Assembly (NCBI GenBank): GCA_007136405.1
Contig: SLHA01000007.1
Coordinates: forward strand, 1 to 64,000
Reading direction: 5' to 3'
Source: Candidatus Latescibacterota bacterium
GTDB lineage: Bacteria > Latescibacterota > UBA2968 > UBA8231
DNA: 64,000 nt
The notes under the pieces are model-generated. The model did no database searches and was not told the DNA's origin. It worked only from the letters and a program-made list of their open reading frames with translations. A program made the translations under genes and the position numbers. Of this stretch, positions 47,225-56,993 are shown in pieces; the stretch's first letter is position 1, and the number at the start of each line of letters is the position of its first letter.

Positions 47225-49372
47225 ATGACCATGACACCGACCGCGCCCGTTTCGCCGCGCCACAAGCCGGTGCGCAGCACCACGCTGGAACGGCTCCGCC
47301 TCACCCGCCAGGCGGACCTCGACGTCACCGGCCTGCCGCAGCCCCTGCAGCTGGGCGAGGGCTTCCGGCGTCTCCTCGACGCCATCGACGTGCCGGTGGA
47401 ACTGGACGATCTCATCGTCGGGCGCATCCGCGAGGAAGTACCAGACGCGGCCGGGGAAGCCGAACTGCAGCAGATCGTGGCGGCGTGGAACGGACGCCCG
47501 GTACCGCCGTGGATGCTGGACGGAGGGCACGAGTGCTTCGCCTGGGAACGGCTGCTGCGCCTGGGCCTGACCGGGCTGGAAGCTGAGGCCCGCCAGCGGC
47601 TGACCGCGGCCAGGGAGGCCGCGGAACCGCAGGCGGTGCAGGACTTTCTGGCCGGAGCGGAGCGCGTATACCAGGCCTTCCAGCGCTATGCCGAACGTTA
47701 TGCCCGGGCCGCCGCCAGGGCCGGGCTGCCCGAGGCGGCGCAGGCCTGCCGGGCCGCCTCCCAGGGTCCCCCCGGGACGTTTCACCAGGCCTTGCAGCTG
47801 GTGTGGCTGGTGGGCCATGTGTACTGCACCATGACCTGTGCCAATCCCACGCTGACCTTTGGCCGGCTGGACCTGCTTCTGGCGCCGTTCTATCGGAAAG
47901 ACCTGCGCGCCGGACGCCTGTCGCGCCAGCAGGCCGGCGACCTGATCGCCGACTTCTACCTCAAGAACGAACTCATTCTGGGCCGCGGCGAGCACCAGAT
48001 GAGCGGCGGCTCGGAACACGACACAGGCTGGATCCGCAACCTGACCTACGATGCGCCCCAGTACGTGGTTCTGGGGGGACGCCGTCCCGCCGGCGTGCCG
48101 TCGTTCGATGCAGTCACGCAACTGTTCCTGGAGCGCATCGAACCCTCCAACGAAAATCCCGTGATCGTGCTCCGCTACCACCGTGAGCTGTCGGCGCGGC
48201 TGTGGGCGACCGCCTGCGGCAAGATGGCGACCAACGCGTCCATGATGGTCTACAACGACGAATGCGTGATCCCGGCCATGGAAGCGTGCGGAATTCCCTC
48301 TGCGGATGCGGTGACCTACACCCTGCACGGCTGCAACTGGCCGGACATTCCGGGCGTGCAGCGGGCGCTGGACTACCCCATGCCGGTATTGCCCGCACTG
48401 GTGCGGGAGGCGTTGCTGGACCTGGAGGGAGAACTGGACACCATCGAGCCGTTGTACGCTAGCTTCACCGCGCGCTTCGCTGCCCAGGCGGACGATATCT
48501 GCGCGCGTTTTCGCCAGTCCCGCGGCACCTGGGACGACAAGGCTCCCGGGCCGCTGCGGGTGGACGACTGTTTCCTGGACGGTCCGGTACAGACGGGCCG
48601 CTCCTGGAGCCTGGGGGGCGTGCGTTACGCCAATATCGTCTGCGCCTTGATTGCGCTGGCCACCGCGGCGGACTCCGTGGCTGCCGTGGAGGAATTGGTG
48701 GTGCGGCAGCGCCGGGTGCCGCTGCACGAGCTGCAGGCCGCCCTGCAAGATGACTTCGCCGGCCACGAACCCCTGCGACACCTGTGCCTGCAGGCTCCCA
48801 AGTTCGGGCAGGACGACGACCGCGCCGACGTTCACGCCCGGCGGCTCCTGCAGATCACCCAACACCAGCTCGACCTGGCCTCGCGTCCGGGCACGCCGGA
48901 CCAGGTAATCGTCTTCCGCAGCCTGGAGACGGACATGCGGCACATTCCCTTCGGCCGGCAGGTCGGGGCCACACCGGACGGACGCCGGGCTGGTGAACCA
49001 CTCAGCGAGAACACGTCGCCGTATCCCGGATCGTGCCGCCGCGGACTGACGGCCATGCTGTGCTCGGTGGCCAGCCTGCCGCTGCAAAGGATCTGTTCCG
49101 GAGCGCTCAACGTCCGTCTGAATCCCACCCTGGTGACCGGACCGGACGGACAGAAACGCCTGGAAGGACTGCTGCGGGCTTTTTTTGACATGGGAGGCCT
49201 GCAGGCCCAACTGTCTATCGTCGACACAGACGAGTTGCACCGGGCACAGGCTAATCCGGAAGGGCACCGCGACCTGATGGTGCGCATCACCGGGTACAGC
49301 GCCGTTTTCGTCGACATGGCGCCGCAGGCGCAGAAGGAGATCTTCCGGCGCGAGGAGATGAGCCAGGCTTGA
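47225..49372 (+). CDS. Glycyl radical enzyme (PFL2 / glycerol-dehydratase-like clade), substrate unknown
   Basis: C-terminal glycyl radical motif MVRITGYSAVFVDM. Mid-protein catalytic Cys context TLHGCNWPDI. 715 aa. GGAGA RBS before MTMTPTAPV. Confidence 0.8.
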   Translation: MTMTPTAPVSPRHKPVRSTTLERLRLTRQADLDVTGLPQPLQLGEGFRRLLDAIDVPVELDDLIVGRIREEVPDAAGEAELQQIVAAWNGRPVPPWMLDGGHECFAWERLLRLGLTGLEAEARQRLTAAREAAEPQAVQDFLAGAERVYQAFQRYAERYARAAARAGLPEAAQACRAASQGPPGTFHQALQLVWLVGHVYCTMTCANPTLTFGRLDLLLAPFYRKDLRAGRLSRQQAGDLIADFYLKNELILGRGEHQMSGGSEHDTGWIRNLTYDAPQYVVLGGRRPAGVPSFDAVTQLFLERIEPSNENPVIVLRYHRELSARLWATACGKMATNASMMVYNDECVIPAMEACGIPSADAVTYTLHGCNWPDIPGVQRALDYPMPVLPALVREALLDLEGELDTIEPLYASFTARFAAQADDICARFRQSRGTWDDKAPGPLRVDDCFLDGPVQTGRSWSLGGVRYANIVCALIALATAADSVAAVEELVVRQRRVPLHELQAALQDDFAGHEPLRHLCLQAPKFGQDDDRADVHARRLLQITQHQLDLASRPGTPDQVIVFRSLETDMRHIPFGRQVGATPDGRRAGEPLSENTSPYPGSCRRGLTAMLCSVASLPLQRICSGALNVRLNPTLVTGPDGQKRLEGLLRAFFDMGGLQAQLSIVDTDELHRAQANPEGHRDLMVRITGYSAVFVDMAPQAQKEIFRREEMSQA

Positions 49373-49566
49373 CGCCTGATCCGGGAAGAACCAGCTTTGG
49401 TCGCGATCCCGGACCATCACGGCGCCCTGAACGATGCAGCAAGCCGTGGCAGCTCCGATCCGGCCACCGGTCCGGCCACCGATCCCGACGGGCGGCTACC
49501 CTGTTCCGGACAGGACCTGGCTCTCGCCGTGCTCGCCGGACACAAAACGACACAGAAGGATCCACC

Positions 49567-50904
49567 ATGCCCAGGATCGTCATCATCGGCGCCGGCAGCG
49601 GTTTCGGCGGGCGTCTCTCCGTGGACATCATGTCCCGCCCGGTGTTGCGGGACTCGGAAATCGGCCTGTGCGACATCCACGCCGGTCGCCTCGAGCGGGT
49701 CAGCGACTATGTCCGCCGCACCGCTGAGCACCACGGCCTGCCTACCCGTGTGCGTGCCGACCAGGACCGTCGCAAACTGCTGCCCGGGGCGGATTTCGTC
49801 ATCACCTCGGTGGCCGTGGGCGGTGCCGCTTACTCCGGTTCGCCGGCCCTGGAGGAGGTGGAGATTCCCCGCAAGTACGGCATCGAGCAGTCCGTGGCGG
49901 ACACGGTGGGCGTGGGCGGCGTGTTCCGTTTCCTGCGCACCGGACCCGTGCAGCACCAGTTCTTCCGGGACATGGAGGAGCTCTGCCCGGACGCCTGCGT
50001 GCTCAACCACACCAACCCCATGGCCATGCTGACCTGGCTGCACTCGCTGGATTCCAGCGTGCGCAACGTGGGATTGTGCCACAGCGTCCAGGGCACCACG
50101 GCCAAGCTGGCCCGCATCGCCGGGGTCCCGCCGGAGGAAACCTCGCACTGGGTGGCGGGGATCAACCATCAGGCCTGGGTGCTGCAACTGCGTCACGGTA
50201 AGGAGGACCTGTACCCCCGCCTGCGCGCCGCGCTGGATGACCCGGTAGTGGTTCGGGACGATACGGTGCGGTTCGAGCTGATGAAGCAGTTCGGGTATTT
50301 CGTCACGGAGAGTACTCGCCACAATTCCGAATACCTGCCGTACTTCCGCCGCACGCCGGAGCTGATGGAACGCTTCGGACTGGAGAAGCGGCAGATCGGT
50401 GCGGCGCCGCCGCGCGTACGGGAGTGGATGAAGGATACGGGCGTGGAAGGCGGCGACGGCCCGGTGGGAGCATTGCGCCCGTCCCAGGAGTTCACCACCG
50501 GCATCATGGAGGCCATGCTGACCGACGTACCCTACCGCTTCAACGGCAATGTGATGAACTCCGGCCTCATCGACAATCTGCCTTCCGGATGTTGCGTGGA
50601 GGTTCCTTGCATGGTGGACGCGCGCGGCGTACACCCCTGTCATGTGGGCGCCCTGCCACCCCAACTGGCCGCGCTCAACCGCTCCAATGTGGCCGTCCAG
50701 GAACTGGCCGTCCGCGCCGTGCTGGAGCGGGACCGGGAAGCCGCCTTCCACGCCTGCGCCCTGGACCCCCTGACCGCGGCCGTGGCCTCGCTGGACCAGA
50801 TCCGCGCCATGTTCGACGAGTTGTGGGCCGCGGAGGAACATCTGCTCAAGTGGTTCGATCCGGCGCACACCGGACCGCTGCCGGAGCTCTGCGCGGCCCA
50901 CTGA
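49567..50904 (+). CDS. Glycoside hydrolase family 4 (NAD+/Mn2+-dependent alpha-glucosidase / alpha-galactosidase type)
   Basis: N-terminal Rossmann MPRIVIIGAGSGFG. GH4 catalytic Cys-His motif GLCHSVQG. Confidence 0.8.
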   Translation: MPRIVIIGAGSGFGGRLSVDIMSRPVLRDSEIGLCDIHAGRLERVSDYVRRTAEHHGLPTRVRADQDRRKLLPGADFVITSVAVGGAAYSGSPALEEVEIPRKYGIEQSVADTVGVGGVFRFLRTGPVQHQFFRDMEELCPDACVLNHTNPMAMLTWLHSLDSSVRNVGLCHSVQGTTAKLARIAGVPPEETSHWVAGINHQAWVLQLRHGKEDLYPRLRAALDDPVVVRDDTVRFELMKQFGYFVTESTRHNSEYLPYFRRTPELMERFGLEKRQIGAAPPRVREWMKDTGVEGGDGPVGALRPSQEFTTGIMEAMLTDVPYRFNGNVMNSGLIDNLPSGCCVEVPCMVDARGVHPCHVGALPPQLAALNRSNVAVQELAVRAVLERDREAAFHACALDPLTAAVASLDQIRAMFDELWAAEEHLLKWFDPAHTGPLPELCAAH

Positions 50905-50949
50905 AAGAGGCAGCTGCCATGTCGCAGATGGGCGCCGCCGGGTGTCGGT

Positions 50950-51588
50950 TCAGAAGGATTTCACCTGTCCCCAACTCACCGGTTCGACAGGGGTCATGAC
51001 TCGCCCGCCCAACCGGAAATCGTCCAGGCCGACGACCAGGTCACCGGCGCCGTGCAGGCGAATTTCGGTGGTGTAGACGTTGGCCATGGTCTGCTGGAAT
51101 GAAGGCGAGTTGGATTCCTGCACCCAGCCGGCTTCGACAGCCTCGGCATCCGACCAGGTCGGATCGAAGAGAATGCGGGTCCGATGCCAGACCCCCGGCG
51201 TGAAGTCCTGCGTCAGACGGCGATGCCAGCCGTTGTAGGCGCCGCTCGAGTAGCGGACGCGGAAAAACGCGTTGGTGAAAGTTCCCTCGATGAACTGGAG
51301 CGCCACCTCCACGTAGGTATAGCCATGAGCCGTAAAGTCACCCACATAGGGCTCGTTGCGTTGCAGCGCTCCGACGATGTTGAAGCCGTCATCAACCTCG
51401 TAGGAACGCAGGTAGCCGCTGTTGTTCATCCCGCCTTCAGCATGGACCTCGATGGCGGTTTTGCTGGTGTTGGGTTCCCATCCACCGGTAGTTCCCGCAT
51501 TCCATCCTTCATATATTCCGCTGGCCAGGACGGAACCTGACGCGACCAGCACGGATAAAAGGCCTGATGCACATACTCGACCAAACAT
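50950..51588 (-). CDS. Hypothetical secreted protein
   Basis: GGAGG RBS. Signal peptide MFGRVCASGLLSVLVASGSVLASG. No recognisable motif. Confidence 0.45.
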   Translation of the reverse strand: MFGRVCASGLLSVLVASGSVLASGIYEGWNAGTTGGWEPNTSKTAIEVHAEGGMNNSGYLRSYEVDDGFNIVGALQRNEPYVGDFTAHGYTYVEVALQFIEGTFTNAFFRVRYSSGAYNGWHRRLTQDFTPGVWHRTRILFDPTWSDAEAVEAGWVQESNSPSFQQTMANVYTTEIRLHGAGDLVVGLDDFRLGGRVMTPVEPVSWGQVKSF

Positions 51589-51897
51589 ATGGAACCCTCC
51601 CCGGGTTGACGGTGTCCGCGGCACACCACGAGCCGCCGGGCAGACGTGCTCGTGGGTCTTTGTCATCCACAGGAAGATCACTCCGAGTATACGCATCGCG
51701 TTGCGATCGTGCCAGCTCGCGGTTCCGCGACCGCCGTCGGGCCGGCCGAAGGGTCCGCTGCCCGGCGCCAGGTCCTGTTCGCATAGCCCCCTCGTCCAAG
51801 TATGGGTTTCGGCTGGTCAAGCAAGTTTCTGAACAGCTGCATCTCCGTGGACCTGCTGACTGGAGCTGAGCCCCAACTGCCTAGCAAGGAATACAGC

Positions 51898-53397
51898 ATG
51901 ACAGCCGCGATACCCATCGGTACCAACAGAGAGCTTTGCGTCGACTTAGAGCTCATCCACTCGACCAACGCCAGGCTCGCGCTGCAGAAACCCACGCAGA
52001 AGGAACTGTGCTTCCGCTTCGACGCGCCGCACGACGGCTCGTACAACGGATACCACGTGCTCATCCGGGACGGAGACACCCTGCGCCTGTACTACAGGGC
52101 GGGAGACCTGATCACGCCGGACGGGAAAAAGATGCTGGAACTGAAGCAGGCCACCTACACCTGCGTGATCGAGAGCACAGACGGGGTGAACTGGTACCGC
52201 CCTTCTCTGGGGCTGGTGGAAGTCAACGGCAGTACGGACAACAACATCGTGTCGAACCAACCGTCGATCAACGCCGCGTTCATACCTTTCATCGACACCA
52301 ACCCGGCCTGCCCCGCCGACGCGCGCTACAAGGCCCTGGACTACACCCGGAGCAGCGACGCCGCTGGCAAGCCCGCTTCCAGACTGGCCGCCTTCAAGTC
52401 AGCCGACGGATTCCGGTGGACACCCATGTTCGACCAGCCTCTGGCCATGGACGGTGCCTTTGACTCCTCCAACCTCGCTTTCTGGGACCCGACACGACAG
52501 ACCTACTGGGCCTACATCCGCAACTTCCACGACGTTCCGGGGTTTCCCCGCGATGACCGCGACCATCCGGACCTCAACCGGAGGATCCGCGACATCCGAT
52601 GGTCACAGTCGGCGGATTTCCGCCGCTGGAGCCCCCCCGAGCAGCTCGATTTCGGTGGCAGCGCCGATATCCCGTTGTATGTGAGCGCCGTCGTACCATA
52701 CTACCGCGCACCCGGCTTCTTTCTGGGGTTCCCGGCGCGTTACATCGAAAGGCACGACTGGTCGCCGTCGTACGGGCAGTTGCCGGATCCCGTGTTCCGC
52801 CGAACCGTGATGGAGCACCATCCGCGGTATGGGCTGGCCCTGACGGACTGCGCGTTCATGTCCAGCAGAGACGGTAAAAGCTGGCGCCGCTCAGAGGAAG
52901 CGTTCCTGCGTCCTGGACTGGGCCACGCCACCAACTGGCGCTACGGCGACGGTTTCCTGTCCATCGGCATGCAGGAAACGCCACCGGATCTGCAGGGAGC
53001 GGTCAACGATATCTCCATGTATGTTCTGGAGCACTCCTGGCGAGGCAACAAGGAACTGCGCCGCTACACCATCCGACCAGACGGTTTCATGGCTCTGGCG
53101 GCCGGTTCTGTAGTAAGCGAGACCTTGACCAAACCCTTCACCTTTGCGGGAACCCAGCTCAGCCTGAACGTGTCCACATCGGTCATGGGCGGTATGAAAG
53201 TGGAAATGCAGGATGCCGGCGGCCGGGCCATCGAAGGCTTTACCATGAACGATTGTGACGAGATACTGGGCGACCGTCTGGACTACATCGTACACTGGAA
53301 CGGCGCCAGCGACGTTAGTCGTCTGGCCGGCAAAGCGGTACGCATGAGGCTGGTGATGGCCGACGCAGACCTGTTTTCGTTCAGGTTCGAGCCGTAA
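51898..53397 (+). CDS. BNR/Asp-box beta-propeller glycoside-hydrolase-like protein (paralog of 16633-18093)
   Basis: Asp-box-like motifs STDGVNWYRP, SADGFRWTPM, SRDGKSWRRS. C-terminal domain ending VRMRLVMADADLFSFRFEP, shared with the paralog. Confidence 0.6.
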   Translation: MTAAIPIGTNRELCVDLELIHSTNARLALQKPTQKELCFRFDAPHDGSYNGYHVLIRDGDTLRLYYRAGDLITPDGKKMLELKQATYTCVIESTDGVNWYRPSLGLVEVNGSTDNNIVSNQPSINAAFIPFIDTNPACPADARYKALDYTRSSDAAGKPASRLAAFKSADGFRWTPMFDQPLAMDGAFDSSNLAFWDPTRQTYWAYIRNFHDVPGFPRDDRDHPDLNRRIRDIRWSQSADFRRWSPPEQLDFGGSADIPLYVSAVVPYYRAPGFFLGFPARYIERHDWSPSYGQLPDPVFRRTVMEHHPRYGLALTDCAFMSSRDGKSWRRSEEAFLRPGLGHATNWRYGDGFLSIGMQETPPDLQGAVNDISMYVLEHSWRGNKELRRYTIRPDGFMALAAGSVVSETLTKPFTFAGTQLSLNVSTSVMGGMKVEMQDAGGRAIEGFTMNDCDEILGDRLDYIVHWNGASDVSRLAGKAVRMRLVMADADLFSFRFEP

Positions 53398-53525
53398 AAG
53401 GTTATGTACTTCGAGAGTATGTCAAACTGATTGGCTCGCTACGGTAAGCAGGTGTCCATTCGCGCTTCCGACGTCATGTTGGCGTGGCGGCAACCCACTA
53501 CAAGGCAGCGCAGGAGAACGAGCGG

Positions 53526-54164
53526 ATGAAGCAGACGTTGTTGAGACTCTGGATCGTGCGTCATGGCGAGACGGAGGCGAACCAGAAGCAGTATATCCAG
53601 GGTCAATCCGAATCACCGCTGACAGCGATGGGTATCAGTCAGGCGAACAGACTCGCAAAACGTCTGCGAGGTTTTCGTTTCGATGCCGTTTTCTCCAGTG
53701 ATCTTTCCCGCGCCGTAGACACCGCAACCATCATCGCCCCGAAGAACGAGATCATCACGCTCAGACACCTGCGTGAACGGGCTCTGGGTCCCCTTGAAGG
53801 AAAGTCGTTCGAGGAAGCTGAGGCGGAGTATCCTGTCCTCCTGGCTGCCGTACGCTCGTATGCGGCCGCTGAAGACGCCGTGCCTGAGAGCATGGAGACC
53901 CGTACCCGACTGGTCGCCCGGGCGGGTGAGGCACTGGAGGATATCCGGGCCCGTTGCCCGGAAGGGGCGGCGGTGGCCGTTTCGCATGGCGGGCTGCTAT
54001 CCGCCATATTCTGCCATGTCATCGGCACCATCCCGCCGTATCGACCCAGGGTGACCAATACCTCGCTCAGTCTCATCGTTCATGACGGCCGCCGCTGGCA
54101 GCTGAGCACCTGGAACGATACCCTCCATCTGCACGAACCGGGCGAGCCCGCCATTCCGTGGTGA
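53526..54164 (+). CDS. Histidine phosphatase family protein (phosphoglycerate-mutase-like)
   Basis: Catalytic RHGET motif (LWIVRHGETEAN) and a downstream His (AVSHGG). Confidence 0.75.
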   Translation: MKQTLLRLWIVRHGETEANQKQYIQGQSESPLTAMGISQANRLAKRLRGFRFDAVFSSDLSRAVDTATIIAPKNEIITLRHLRERALGPLEGKSFEEAEAEYPVLLAAVRSYAAAEDAVPESMETRTRLVARAGEALEDIRARCPEGAAVAVSHGGLLSAIFCHVIGTIPPYRPRVTNTSLSLIVHDGRRWQLSTWNDTLHLHEPGEPAIPW

Positions 54165-54395
54165 CGGGTGACAGGCAGCAACGGCCTGGTCCATGGCGCC
54201 CTGGTTTCGCTTGCAGCCGGCAAGCGGGTTCAACGAGCCGGCGATCCAGTTATCCGGGGAGTGCAGGGCCGCATGCGGCAAGACCCGGGTCATGGGTGTT
54301 TTCCACACCGGCGATCATCTCCGCCTACGCGCTCCCACCGCGCGCCAGCGGGTACGGCTGCGGCTACTGGCGCCCAGACAGCGCCATAGGTTACT

Positions 54396-54485
54396 TGTTC
54401 GCCATGGCTTCGCGCCGGTGGCTGCCGTACTGGTTCATCGCCATGGCATCGCACCGGTGGTGTCCATATCGCTTCATCGCACCCT
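54396..54485. repeat. 2.3 copies of a 39-bp tandem repeat, each containing a GCCATGGC palindrome, in the 5' UTR of the second GH4 gene
   Basis: ttgttcgccatggcttcgcgccggtggctgccgtactgg / ttcatcgccatggcatcgcaccggtggtgtccatatcgc / ttcatcgcaccc. Ends 8 nt before the RBS. Confidence 0.65.
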
Positions 54486-54504
54486 TTCGGCTGGAGGTCT
54501 TGGT

Positions 54505-55881
54505 ATGTCGTCTGTGAAAGTAACCGTTGTCGGCGCCGGCAGCGTCGTCTTCTCGCTCGGTCTGGTGAAAGACCTGTGCCTTACCGCAGGTTTGACAGGC
54601 AGCATGGTCCACTTCATGGATATCGATGAGGAACGGCTGGATGTGGTATACCGGCTGGCGCAGCGCTACGCCGAAGACCTGGGGGCGGATCTCCAATTCG
54701 CCCGTACGCTGGACCGCGCCAAAGCCCTGGACGGAGCTGATTTCGTCATCAACACGGCGACGGTCACCCACAACGAGCACTTCATGAAGCGCCGCCGCGA
54801 GATGGTTGCCGGGCACGGCTATTTCTACGGACGCACCGGAATGCCGGAGTATCACAACCTGCAGTTGATGCTGGATGTGGCGCAGGACGTGGAGCGCGTG
54901 GCGCCGGAGGCGTGGATTCTGCTGGCAGGCAATCCCGTCTTCGACGGCACCACTCTGATGGGGCGGGAAACCGAGGTGAAGGTGTGCGGCCTGTGCCACG
55001 GACATTACGGCTACCGTCAGGTCGCCCGCGCCATCGGCCTCGACCCTGACCAGGTGACGTGGCAGGCGCCCGGCCTCAACCACAATATCTGGCTGACCCA
55101 CTTCCACTACCAGGGCCAGGATGCCTATCCCCTGCTGGACCAGTGGATTGCCGCGAGCATCGAGCAGTACTGGCAGGAAAACGAGGAGAAGGGCGTGCCG
55201 GCGCAGTTGTCGCCCGCGGCCATCCACCAGTACCGGATGTACGGCCTGTTCCCCATCGGCGATACCCCGCGGCGCGGCGGCTGGTGGTATCACACGGATC
55301 TGGAGACGCGGATGCGCTGGTACGGTGCCGGCGGCGGCGGTGATACGCCGGCCGGCCGGGACCGCATTCTCAAGGGCAAAGAGGAGAAGTACGCGCAGAT
55401 GAAATCCGCTGCCTACGACGCCCAGGTACGTCCCATCACCCTGTTCGGCGACACGAAGACGACGGAGCAGCACATTCCCATCATCGATGGACTCGTCAAC
55501 GACAACGAATACCGGGCCCAGGTCAACGTCATGAACGAGGGCGCACTGCCCGGCCTGCCGGACGATGTGGCGGTGGAAGTGCCCGCCGTCGTCAACCGGA
55601 TGGGCATTCAGCCGCTCCGCGTCGAGCCGCTGCCCAACAAGGTCATGGTGGAGTGCATCTACCCGGACTGGCTGGCGATGGAACAGGCGCTGGAAGCCCT
55701 GCTCAGCGGCGACAAGTCGATGATGCTATACGGCGTTCTCCATAGTCACCAGACGCGCTCCTATGAGCAGGCGGTGGATGTGCTGGAGGCCCTGTTCGAC
55801 ATCGAACCCAACGAGCCCATGGCCTACATCGAGGACATTCGCGACCACTATGCGTGGCCGGAGCATTGGGCCCAGCCGTGA
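54505..55881 (+). CDS. Glycoside hydrolase family 4 (second paralog)
   Basis: VKVTVVGAGSVVF Rossmann motif. GH4 motif CGLCHGHYG. GGAGG RBS. Confidence 0.8.
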   Translation: MSSVKVTVVGAGSVVFSLGLVKDLCLTAGLTGSMVHFMDIDEERLDVVYRLAQRYAEDLGADLQFARTLDRAKALDGADFVINTATVTHNEHFMKRRREMVAGHGYFYGRTGMPEYHNLQLMLDVAQDVERVAPEAWILLAGNPVFDGTTLMGRETEVKVCGLCHGHYGYRQVARAIGLDPDQVTWQAPGLNHNIWLTHFHYQGQDAYPLLDQWIAASIEQYWQENEEKGVPAQLSPAAIHQYRMYGLFPIGDTPRRGGWWYHTDLETRMRWYGAGGGGDTPAGRDRILKGKEEKYAQMKSAAYDAQVRPITLFGDTKTTEQHIPIIDGLVNDNEYRAQVNVMNEGALPGLPDDVAVEVPAVVNRMGIQPLRVEPLPNKVMVECIYPDWLAMEQALEALLSGDKSMMLYGVLHSHQTRSYEQAVDVLEALFDIEPNEPMAYIEDIRDHYAWPEHWAQP

Positions 55882-56027
55882 TCCGGCCTTTCCACCAGGA
55901 AAAACGCCAGCGCCGTGGGGTCCACGCCGGCGACCTCGAGCATGAGTCTCAGGTAGATTGCCAGGAGAAGGATCAGCAGGACGATCACCACCCCGAGCCC
56001 GAGCAGCATCGCATTGGCTCTCTTCAT
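55848..56027 (-). CDS. Small (59-aa) single-pass membrane peptide
   Basis: Perfect AAGGAGG RBS 6 nt before ATG. Hydrophobic helix LLGLGVVIVLLILLLAIYL. It overlaps the convergent GH4 gene end by ~34 nt, which lowers confidence. Confidence 0.35.
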   Translation of the reverse strand: MKRANAMLLGLGVVIVLLILLLAIYLRLMLEVAGVDPTALAFFLVERPDHGWAQCSGHA

Positions 56028-56174
56028 CACTCGCCTCCTTTCCGGTGCCTGCCGCCGGCGCGCACAGCAGGCTCGCGCACCGGCGGCAGGCGCTCCCCTT
56101 CATGACGCGATGCGCGTCGCGCCCTTACACCGTTACGCCGATCCGCTCCGTCCTGAGCCTGGATCGCTATCGTC

Positions 56175-56993
56175 TCAGGACACTGCATCGCTCACCTCGG
56201 TTTCGTGCAGACGGACACAGGTGGCGATCCAGAAGAATGGCGCCAGAAGCGCCTGGTAGATCACTCCCACGACGACCCGGACGATGCCCGAGGTAGCAGC
56301 CAGAGACTCATGCCAGGGCGTATCTTTACCGGCATTCCGAAGTAACTCGAGCAGGCTGGCCTGCGGCATCATGCCGTCAAAGTAACCCGTGAAGACGATC
56401 CTGAAAACGGCCGCGGCGACCCACGACAGGGCGATGAAGAACACCACCAGCGACAGTATCGTCTTGATGAAATGCAGCTTCCGGAAATAGGCCGCGCCGA
56501 AAAGGAAGATCGACTGCATGATCCAGTAGTTGTGCACCGCCCGCAGCGCCTCCCGATCGAGCGGGTTGAAGATGCCCGGAGAGCTCCCGGTCAGCACGCC
56601 GGCGATTCCAGCGGCCAGGACTGTCGCCAGAAAGTAGCCGACAAGCACCGCTGAGGCGTAGCCGACGCTGGTGAGGAGCAATCTGGCGACGAACTTCTCG
56701 GCGGTCGACGCCGGCAGCATGAACCAGTCGTGGTTTCGCGCCTTGTCATGCACCTCGCGGAAGGCCCTCGAGGTGACGATCAAACCACCGATGTACAGGA
56801 GCTGCCTGAAGACGGCCTGATGACCGCCTGCCGTGCCGATGACGAGCGTCGGCGTGTGCGTGGAGATGCCGTGCATCAGGTAGAAGAGAAGAACGATACC
56901 CGCGACCGTCGCCGCACTCAGTGCCACCGGCCGCAGGACCTCGGCGATGTCGCGCTTGAGCAGAAGCCGGATCCTCCGGAGGGTCCCGTTCAT
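56175..56993 (-). CDS. ABC-2-type transporter permease
   Basis: Six predicted TM helices. Start codon overlaps the stop of the upstream ATPase gene (ATGA). Confidence 0.55.
   Translation of the reverse strand: MNGTLRRIRLLLKRDIAEVLRPVALSAATVAGIVLLFYLMHGISTHTPTLVIGTAGGHQAVFRQLLYIGGLIVTSRAFREVHDKARNHDWFMLPASTAEKFVARLLLTSVGYASAVLVGYFLATVLAAGIAGVLTGSSPGIFNPLDREALRAVHNYWIMQSIFLFGAAYFRKLHFIKTILSLVVFFIALSWVAAAVFRIVFTGYFDGMMPQASLLELLRNAGKDTPWHESLAATSGIVRVVVGVIYQALLAPFFWIATCVRLHETEVSDAVS

Noticed and set aside
47105-49420. 771-aa minus-strand ORF
   Set aside because: Antisense to the glycyl-radical enzyme. Arg/Gly/His-rich.
49417-50901. 494-aa minus-strand ORF
   Set aside because: Antisense to the first GH4 gene.
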